From Spirochaetia bacterium (lineage in GTDB: Bacteria > Spirochaetota > Spirochaetia > DSM-2461), in contig OY764216.1 in assembly GCA_963668315.1 (NCBI GenBank), positions 1,824,001-1,888,000 on the forward strand: a stretch of DNA of 64,000 bases. The letters are read 5' to 3'. Under the pieces are notes generated by a model that worked only from the letters and a program-made list of their open reading frames with translations, made no database searches and was not told the DNA's origin. The position numbers and the translations under genes are program-made. This document shows, in pieces, positions 56,956 through 64,000 of the stretch. Positions within the stretch are counted from its first letter, which is position 1. The number at the start of each line of letters is the position of its first letter.

Positions 56956-58031
56956 AGCCCTTCTCCGGTCAGCTCATCGAGTATCTCAATGAATCTTCTG
57001 TTGTTCTCCTCCGTCCCAATGGTATAGCGGATGGAGAAGGGAAGGCCGAAGGAGGCGAGATTCCTGATGACAATGCCCCGGGCCGCATACTCGGTAAACA
57101 GGACGGATGCCTCCGTTCTGAAGGTAAGACAGAGAAAATTGCTCTGGGTGGGATAGTAATTGACGCCCCTTTTATCCAGTTCCTCGTAGAGATATCTTTT
57201 TCCCGCAAAGGTCATGGCCCGGGATTTCTCATAAAACTCCGAATCGTCCAGTGCGGCTTTGGCCGCTTCCTGCGCGGGGGTATTCACGTTGAAGGCGTGT
57301 TTGGCCCGGTAAAGGGCATCTATCAGTTCCGTATTTCCCATGGCGTATCCCACTCTCAGGGCGGCGAGGCCGTAAATCTTTGAGTAGGTCCGGGCGATCA
57401 GAAGGTTGGGCCATTTCTTAAGAAGGGGAGGGGAATCGGGATAATCGGGAGCTTCGGACCGGTCCACGTAGTCGTAGTAGGCTTCGTCGAGGAATATGAC
57501 CACATTTTCGGGAACCCTTTCCATAAAGGCGGTCAGATCCTTCTCTCCGAAGTAGCAGCCGGTGGGATTATTGGGGTTGCAGAGAAAGATTATCTTTGTC
57601 TTTTCGCTGATTTCACCGGCCAGGGCTTCCAGGTCGAAAACCCCCTCCTTAAGGGGGACTCGGCGGCAAACGCCGCCGAAGGACTTAACGGAAAAATTGT
57701 ATTCGGAAAAGGTATTCTCCGACGTGAGCCCTTCGTCTCCCGTGTTCAGGAGGGCGCCCGAGGCGAACATCATCAGTTCGTCCGAACCGTTGCCCACGAT
57801 GATGTTTTCCGGGTTCAGTCCGTTGTGCCGGGCGATCTTCTCCCGCAGTTCCGTACACATTCCGTCGGGGTAGCGATGAACCGAAGTAAGAGAGGCGGCT
57901 GCCGCGGCAATAGCGGCGGGGGAAGGGCCCAGCGGATTTTCGTTGGACGATAATTTAACGGCGTTGGGAAGCTTTTTTCCCGCCGCATAGGGGGGGAGGT
58001 CGGCCAGACTCTTTTTAATAAATCGATTCAT
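56943..58031 (-). CDS. hisC: Histidinol-phosphate aminotransferase
   Basis: KLSSNENP, RYPD, GNGSDE, CNPNNPTG, DEAY, RTYSKIYGLA.LRVGY. Confidence 0.94.
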   Translation of the reverse strand: MNRFIKKSLADLPPYAAGKKLPNAVKLSSNENPLGPSPAAIAAAAASLTSVHRYPDGMCTELREKIARHNGLNPENIIVGNGSDELMMFASGALLNTGDEGLTSENTFSEYNFSVKSFGGVCRRVPLKEGVFDLEALAGEISEKTKIIFLCNPNNPTGCYFGEKDLTAFMERVPENVVIFLDEAYYDYVDRSEAPDYPDSPPLLKKWPNLLIARTYSKIYGLAALRVGYAMGNTELIDALYRAKHAFNVNTPAQEAAKAALDDSEFYEKSRAMTFAGKRYLYEELDKRGVNYYPTQSNFLCLTFRTEASVLFTEYAARGIVIRNLASFGLPFSIRYTIGTEENNRRFIEILDELTGEGLCTI

Positions 58032-58175
58032 GGGCCCATCTTATCAGTTCCCCCTTTTTTTTTCAACTTTTTCTTGACCCTTATGCAGCATCCGTACGAG
58101 CCGCAGAATCTATCCGCCTGAGCGATGAGGCTTGCATGGAAGCCAAGCTTAATGGAAGAAACCGCGTGGAAGAGG

Positions 58176-59675
58176 CTAGATAAAGCGGGATATTTTATGA
58201 AAGAATTCCTCCGGGGCGAAGGGTTTGCTGATATAGCCGTTGAAGCCCGCCCTTTCGATGGTTTCCTGATCCTCCCCGGAGGCCATGGCCGTTAAGGCGA
58301 TTACCGGCACGGGCTCTCTGTTGCTGGCCCCTTCGTGCTCGCGGATCATATTGAACGCCTGGAACCCGTCCACTTCGGGCATATGAATATCCATCAGGAT
58401 CAGATCCGGCTTATCCGCTATGAAGGAGTCAAAGGCTTCCTGTCCGTTTTCCGCTTCCAGAACGCGGCAGGATGTTTTATCCAGAAGTCGGCAGGCCAGC
58501 AGGCGGTTGACCCGGTTATCCTCGGCAATGAGGATGGATTTGTCTTTGAAGAGGTTTTTCTCCTCCCCGTCCAAATCGCTTTTTCTGTCGTCCCTGTCCG
58601 CATCGTTCTCCGAACCGGTCAGTCTCAGGTCCAGATCAAAGAAAAACCGGGACCCGCTTCCCACGTAGCTTTCGACCTGGAGAGTGCCTCCCATCATCTT
58701 GGCCAGGGAGGAGCTGATGGCCAGCCCCAGGCCCGTGCCGCCGTATTTCCTGGTGGTGGAAGGATCGGCCTGGCTGAATGCCTTGAATAGCTCTTCCTGC
58801 TTGTCCCGGGGAATCCCGATGCCCGTATCACTGACCGAAGCTTTCAGTTCATATCGCTTGCCCGGTTTCACTTCGCCCGTCACTTCCAGCTTGATGGAGC
58901 CCCTGGCCGTGAATTTCATGGCATTCCCTATGATATTGAGGAGCATCTGCTTTATCCGGAGGGGGTCTCCCTGAAGCATTTTCGGAAGATTTTCTGTCAC
59001 GACATCGAATTTCAAGCCCTTCATCTCTATCTGGGGGCGGAAAAACAGGGTCACTTCATCCACCAGCTTTGAGGGGGAGAAGGGTATCTCTTCAAGGCCC
59101 ATCTTGCCGGAGGAAAGTTTGGAAAAGTCCAGAATATCGTTGATGATATGGAGGAGGGAGTCGGCGGACATCCGGATGATATTGAGATACTCTTTCTGCT
59201 CGTGCGTCAGATCGGTCTGGAGGGCCAGTTCCGTCATTCCGATTATTCCGTTCATGGGGGTCCGGATCTCGTGGGACACGTTGGCAAGAAAGGAGGATTT
59301 CTGCTCCAGGTCTTCCCGGCTCTGCTCCTTCTCTTTCTTTTCCCGGAAGAAACTGTCCACCGTAACCGAGCCTGCTTCTTCCAGATGGTAAATCTGGTAT
59401 TTGTTCCGTCCCGACTGTATCTGACTGAGCCGGATGTACTTAACCGGTTTTCCGTCGGTGCATGTCCAGAAGCCTTCGTCTTCGGAGGAATCCTGTTCCT
59501 GAAAAAAACGGTCCACCGATTCTCCGAGAAGCTTCTTCCTTGTCGCTCCCAGTATGAGGGCGCTGCTCTCCGTCGCTTCCATTATCTCCCCGGTTCCACT
59601 GGCGATTATGACCGGTTTTTCTTCGAGATCAAATAGCTGTCTGTATATTTCAAGGGGAAGCTGTTTTCGGTACAT
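58176..59675 (-). CDS. Cytoplasmic hybrid histidine kinase (PAS-like + HisKA + HATPase + REC)
   Basis: [46 protein letters not shown]. Confidence 0.95.
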   Translation of the reverse strand: MYRKQLPLEIYRQLFDLEEKPVIIASGTGEIMEATESSALILGATRKKLLGESVDRFFQEQDSSEDEGFWTCTDGKPVKYIRLSQIQSGRNKYQIYHLEEAGSVTVDSFFREKKEKEQSREDLEQKSSFLANVSHEIRTPMNGIIGMTELALQTDLTHEQKEYLNIIRMSADSLLHIINDILDFSKLSSGKMGLEEIPFSPSKLVDEVTLFFRPQIEMKGLKFDVVTENLPKMLQGDPLRIKQMLLNIIGNAMKFTARGSIKLEVTGEVKPGKRYELKASVSDTGIGIPRDKQEELFKAFSQADPSTTRKYGGTGLGLAISSSLAKMMGGTLQVESYVGSGSRFFFDLDLRLTGSENDADRDDRKSDLDGEEKNLFKDKSILIAEDNRVNRLLACRLLDKTSCRVLEAENGQEAFDSFIADKPDLILMDIHMPEVDGFQAFNMIREHEGASNREPVPVIALTAMASGEDQETIERAGFNGYISKPFAPEEFFHKISRFI

Positions 59676-59855
59676 GTATTCCTCATATATGATAATAGTG
59701 GGTAAGGGGCAAAAAATCTATCCTTTTTATATACAATAATTTTATTACCTCCCCTAAAGGGGGAGATTTGGCCGGATAGGGGCCTCTCTTACGGTGCGGG
59801 GCTTGATTTTATTGATCATTTCTTTCTATTATAATTTTCTAACGAGGGTTATCAA

Positions 59856-61076
59856 GTGAGAGAAGATTTACTTAAAAAATATGAGGAATATAAGGCTCTG
59901 GGCTTATCATTGAATATGCAGAGAGGACAGCCGGGAGATGAGAACTTCGACCTGTCCAATCCCATTCTGTCCATTGCCACTCCGGAGGACATGTTTGTAT
60001 CGGGCGTTTCTCTGAGAAACTATCCCGGCGGTGTTTACGGAATAAAGGAAGCGCGGGAGCTTTTTGCCGAAATGCTTGGTGTTAAACCGGAGGAAGTTCT
60101 CTGCGGCAATAACTCAAGCCTGAAAATGCTCAGTAATCTGCTCATGTGGGCTCTTCTGAAGGGAGTCAAGGATTCCCCCGCGCCCTGGGCCGGGCAGAAG
60201 CCCAAAATGATTGTTACCGTTCCCGGGTATGACCGCCACTTCCTTCTGCTGGAAACCCTGGGCTTTGAACTTGTAACGGTTCCCATGGGGCCCGATGGTC
60301 CCGATATGGACAAAGTGGAGAGCCTGGCCGCTTCGGACAGCAGCATCAAGGGCATTACCTTTGTCCCCACCTACAGCAATCCCACGGGAGATTCCATTTC
60401 CCGGTCAACCGCCGAAAGGCTGGCTTCCATGGAGTGTGCCGCTCCTGACTTTACCATATTCGCCGACGACGCCTACGTCATTCACCATCTGGTGGACAAT
60501 CCGCCGGAGGTCCCCAACCTGCTGAGGGTCTGCGAAGAGAAGGGAAATCCCGACAGATGCTACATCTTCGGTTCCACCTCGAAAGTCACCTTCGCCGGTG
60601 CGGGCGTATCCGCCATGGCCGCCTCTGTGGAAAATCTCGCCTGGTTCAGCAATCTTCTGGGAACACAGTATATCGGCCCGAACAAGATAGAACTCTACCG
60701 CCACGTGAAGTTCATACGCCAGTACCCCGGAGGTCTGAAGGGTCTGATGAAAAAGCATGCCGAACTTCTGAAGCCGAAATTCGAGGCCGTCGACGAAGTA
60801 CTGAAGAGGGAACTGGGCGAAACCGATCTGGCCCGCTGGTCCATTCCCCACGGTGGATATTTCATCAGTCTGGACACGGCTAAGCCCGTGGCGGACAAAG
60901 TTGTCGCCCTGGCCGCCGAAGCGGGGGTGTCCCTGACGCCTGCCGGAGCAACATTCCCCGGGAAGAAAGACCCGAATAACTGCAATATCCGTCTGGCGCC
61001 GACAAGGCCCCCCCTGGAAGAGGTCAAGAAAGCTATGGAGATCGTGGCCCTCTGCATCAAGCTGGCATCGGAGTAG
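59856..61076 (+). CDS. PLP-dependent aminotransferase (AspT/Rv3722c-like aspartate aminotransferase)
   Basis: LNMQRGQP, NSSL..M, PGYDRHF, YSNPTG, DDAY..HH, STSK.TFAGAG, NIRLAPT. Confidence 0.88.
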   Translation: MREDLLKKYEEYKALGLSLNMQRGQPGDENFDLSNPILSIATPEDMFVSGVSLRNYPGGVYGIKEARELFAEMLGVKPEEVLCGNNSSLKMLSNLLMWALLKGVKDSPAPWAGQKPKMIVTVPGYDRHFLLLETLGFELVTVPMGPDGPDMDKVESLAASDSSIKGITFVPTYSNPTGDSISRSTAERLASMECAAPDFTIFADDAYVIHHLVDNPPEVPNLLRVCEEKGNPDRCYIFGSTSKVTFAGAGVSAMAASVENLAWFSNLLGTQYIGPNKIELYRHVKFIRQYPGGLKGLMKKHAELLKPKFEAVDEVLKRELGETDLARWSIPHGGYFISLDTAKPVADKVVALAAEAGVSLTPAGATFPGKKDPNNCNIRLAPTRPPLEEVKKAMEIVALCIKLASE

Positions 61077-61080
61077 TATT

Positions 61081-62493
61081 GTGTATATTGTTATTCTCGG
61101 AGCGGGACGGATTGGATATCAGCTGGCCCGCCAGCTGATTGACGAAGGGAAGAATGTTGCTCTCATCGACAGCGACAAGGATACGGCCCGGGATGTCCTG
61201 GCCCGTCTTGACTGTCTGGTTATAAATGATAACGGAACGAGTCTGGAAGCTTTGAAAAAAGCGGGTATCCAGAAAGCCGATGCCTTTGTCAGCGTGACTG
61301 ATTTTGATGAGATAAACATGATCGCCTGCGGTCTGGTTTCTTCGGAATTCGAAAAACCGGTGACCATCGCGCGGGTGAAAAATGTGGATTATTCCCGTAC
61401 GAAGCTTCTGACCTATCCCTTTCTGGGAATCGACTACATCATTAATCCCGAGATAGAAGCCGCCAAGGCTATTCTCAGGGCTGTGGAAAACGGTGCCCGC
61501 AGCGACGTCATGCTTTTTGACAATGAGACGTTTCAGATTCGTGACCTTGTCGTTACCGGCACCTCTCTTTTTCTTGACCGGCCTCTTCAGGAGATCCGGC
61601 AGAGTCTGGAGCATGAGTTTCTCGTCGCCGTCATACTGCGTGATGATTACTATATCATTCCCACCGGTACGACGACGTTCCAGGAGCACGATAAGATATA
61701 TATCCTTTCCACCAAGGAGGGGCTCGAGTATATCTTTGAGAAGGAGAACAGGAACTACAGGGAGTTTGACCAGATCGTGCTTGTGGGCGGCGGAACGGTC
61801 GGCACCTATGTCGCCGACGGCCTGATCGCCGAAGGTCAGGATGATACATCCCTTCTCGGCAAAGTAAAATCCGCCTTCTCATCCCGCACCAGCAGGAAAA
61901 AGGGCAAGCATCTTCATATCATCGACAAGGATTACGACAGGTGTAAAGTCCTCGCCGAGCGATACCCCAATGCCCTGGTCACCTGCGAAGATGTCACAGA
62001 CGAGGGCGTTCTGGAGCAGGCGAATCTGAGAAGCAATGACCTGATCGTCACCACGACGAACAGCCAGGAGCTTAACGTCATGACCGCCGTTTATGCCAAA
62101 GCCCTGGGGGTGGGGGGGACAATCTCCCTCGTTACCAGAAAGAATTACCGGCACATAGCCCACCGGCTGAATCTTGACGTTACCATCAGCCGCAATACAA
62201 CCATGGTCAATTCCATTCTCAAGATAATTCGCCACGGCAATATTCGAAATGTTCACGCCATATCGGAAGGGACTCTGGAAGTGATCGAGTTCTCCCTGGA
62301 TAAGGCATCCTCCGTCCTGGGGAAGCCTCTCAAGGATATCAAGCTTCCCAAGAACACCCTCGTCCTTTTTCTTACAAGGGGAGATCAAACGATTTTCGCC
62401 CATGGGGATATGGTCCTCAACCGGAATGATCACGTGGTCATCTTAACCGAAAGGGAGTCCATACAGCAGATTGAAAGGATGATTGTCGGTTAG
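61081..62493 (+). CDS. trkA: Trk potassium uptake RCK subunit TrkA
   Basis: Two RCK pairs with GAGRIG and GGGTVG NAD-binding motifs. Confidence 0.95.
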   Translation: MYIVILGAGRIGYQLARQLIDEGKNVALIDSDKDTARDVLARLDCLVINDNGTSLEALKKAGIQKADAFVSVTDFDEINMIACGLVSSEFEKPVTIARVKNVDYSRTKLLTYPFLGIDYIINPEIEAAKAILRAVENGARSDVMLFDNETFQIRDLVVTGTSLFLDRPLQEIRQSLEHEFLVAVILRDDYYIIPTGTTTFQEHDKIYILSTKEGLEYIFEKENRNYREFDQIVLVGGGTVGTYVADGLIAEGQDDTSLLGKVKSAFSSRTSRKKGKHLHIIDKDYDRCKVLAERYPNALVTCEDVTDEGVLEQANLRSNDLIVTTTNSQELNVMTAVYAKALGVGGTISLVTRKNYRHIAHRLNLDVTISRNTTMVNSILKIIRHGNIRNVHAISEGTLEVIEFSLDKASSVLGKPLKDIKLPKNTLVLFLTRGDQTIFAHGDMVLNRNDHVVILTERESIQQIERMIVG

Positions 62494-62496
62494 CCT

Positions 62497-63954
62497 ATGA
62501 ACACGAAACTGGTTTTCCATGTCCTTTCCATCATCGTAGGCATTGTCACGCTTTTCATGGGTCTCACAGCGGGGATCTCCCTTATCTGCGGTGAGCCGGA
62601 AATCGCTCTGGTCTTCCTCAAGACGGTGCTTTTTGTTCTGCCCTTCTGCCTGATTGTTTATTTCACCACCCGCCCGTCCCGTATGAATGCCGTACTGGGA
62701 ACCAAGGATGGGTTCATGCTGGTCTCCCTGGCCTGGCTTTTCGCCTCTCTGGCGGGAGCTCTGCCCTATGTGATCTCCGGGGCCATTCCCACTTATACGG
62801 AAGCATTTTTCGAGACCATGTCGGGCTTCACCACGACGGGAGCCTCCATTCTGACGGCTATAGAGCCGCTGCCGAGGGGCATCCTCTTCTGGCGTTCTCT
62901 CACCCACTGGCTGGGGGGAATGGGAATCGTGGTGCTGACCGTGGCTCTTCTGCCTCTCCTCGGGGTAGGGGGATTGCAGCTTCTCAAGGCGGAAGCTCCC
63001 GGTCCCTCGGTGGATAAAATTACGCCGAAAATTACGGAGACGGCCAAGATTCTGTGGGCCATCTATGCGGGGATGACCGTTCTGGAGACGGCTCTTCTCA
63101 TGTTCGGGGGTATGTCCTGGTTTGATGCCCTGACCCATACCTTCGGTACCCTGGCCACGGGTGGCTTCTCCACCATGAACGCCAGCGTCGGAGCCTATGA
63201 TTCTCCCTTTATCCACAATGTGATTACCCTTTTTATGGTGATGGCGGGGTTGAATTTCGCCCTCTATTACCGTCTGCTTATCGGGGACTTCAAGAATTTC
63301 TTCAAGGATACGGAGATGAAGATCTATCTGACCATATTTGCCTCCGTCTCCCTTTTCATGGCCCTGAACCTTCTCTCCTCCGGTACCTACGGCAGTTTCG
63401 GCACCTCTCTGCAGTTCTCTGCGTTTCAGGCGGCCAGTATCATAACCACCACGGGCTACGCCACGGCGGATTTTGCCCAGTGGCCGGAATTTTCCAAGAA
63501 CCTTCTCTTCTTTCTCATGTTCATTGGCGGTTGCGCCGGTTCGACGGGAGGGGGTATGAAGGTTGTGCGCCTGACCGTGCTGGTCAAAGTAGGTCTGAAC
63601 GAGATGAGACGATTCATCCATCCCAAGGGAATCTTCCCACTGCGGATCAACGGAGAGGTGGTCAAAAAGGATATTGTCTACTCCATCGCGGGATTCGTCA
63701 TGCTCTATATAGCGATTCTTCTTCTGGTCACTCTCTGCGTCTCCCTCGGCGGGCATGATATCATCACATCCTTTACGACCGCCCTGGCCACGCTGGGAAA
63801 CATAGGCCCCGGTTTCGGAGAAATAGGACCCGCCCTGAACTATCACTTCTATTCGGTTCCCATCAAATGGATACTCAGTTTCGCCATGATGCTGGGACGG
63901 CTGGAAATTTATACGGTCCTCGTCATTCTCACGCCCCTTTTCTGGAAACGCTGA
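62497..63954 (+). CDS. trkH: Trk potassium uptake membrane subunit TrkH
   Basis: FETMSGFTTTGAS, WLGGMGI, TGGFS, TTTGY, GGCAGSTGGG.K, NIGPG, GRLE. Confidence 0.97.
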   Translation: MNTKLVFHVLSIIVGIVTLFMGLTAGISLICGEPEIALVFLKTVLFVLPFCLIVYFTTRPSRMNAVLGTKDGFMLVSLAWLFASLAGALPYVISGAIPTYTEAFFETMSGFTTTGASILTAIEPLPRGILFWRSLTHWLGGMGIVVLTVALLPLLGVGGLQLLKAEAPGPSVDKITPKITETAKILWAIYAGMTVLETALLMFGGMSWFDALTHTFGTLATGGFSTMNASVGAYDSPFIHNVITLFMVMAGLNFALYYRLLIGDFKNFFKDTEMKIYLTIFASVSLFMALNLLSSGTYGSFGTSLQFSAFQAASIITTTGYATADFAQWPEFSKNLLFFLMFIGGCAGSTGGGMKVVRLTVLVKVGLNEMRRFIHPKGIFPLRINGEVVKKDIVYSIAGFVMLYIAILLLVTLCVSLGGHDIITSFTTALATLGNIGPGFGEIGPALNYHFYSVPIKWILSFAMMLGRLEIYTVLVILTPLFWKR

Positions 63955-64000
63955 TTTTCAAGGCTGAGTGCCTCTTCCTCCCGACCGGAGAAAAGGTCGA

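Noticed and set aside
58118..58162. Hammerhead ribozyme-like CTGA..GATGA..stem..GAAA
   Set aside because: The core is not a contiguous CUGANGA and no stems I/III or cleavage triplet could be formed
5261..63846. Many long antisense or overlapping ORFs in the track (e.g. 5261-6592, 6713-7597, 7605-8573, 30096-31598, 52034-53164, 62443-63846)
   Set aside because: Shadow ORFs opposite well-supported genes, expected from GC-rich codon bias; no motifs or translation signals
1..64000. tRNA, rRNA, tmRNA, SRP RNA (near ffh), known riboswitches, prophage or defence island
   Set aside because: No recognisable signature sequences found by eye in any intergenic region; a covariance-model scan is needed to exclude divergent copies

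Overview
Mostly core chromosome of a GC-rich, probably free-living anaerobic spirochaete. The taxon is inferred from the flgF-flgG-short flgJ-rpoS-like synteny, the def-fmt-PASTA cluster, hrpA and the desulfoferrodoxin-rubredoxin pair. About 66 CDS are supported, covering biotin ECF uptake/birA, flagellar rod genes, an alternative sigma factor, tsaD, rpe, recA, folK, hrpA, rpoZ, miaA, dxs, a DEAD-box helicase, def/fmt, mtaB, the ffh-rpsP-khpA-rimM-trmD-rplS operon, a split fumarate hydratase, two-component systems, hisC and trkAH. Two real small genes missing from the ORF track were read directly: a bS22/mS38-type ribosomal protein and rubredoxin. No rRNA, tRNA or CRISPR array was seen. The most notable non-routine signals are: (1) a sigma54 promoter driving an RpoS-like sigma factor in Borrelia-like synteny; (2) three dispersed, covarying Flavo-1-like structured elements; (3) a promoter-driven orphan rod-shaped ncRNA candidate at about 36.74-36.91 kb; (4) an AT-rich single-ORF IS1-like element with degenerate terminal inverted repeats; (5) many apparently leaderless promoters; (6) several unannotated genes behind sigma28-like promoters. 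All calls are from reading motifs by eye; no database search was run.
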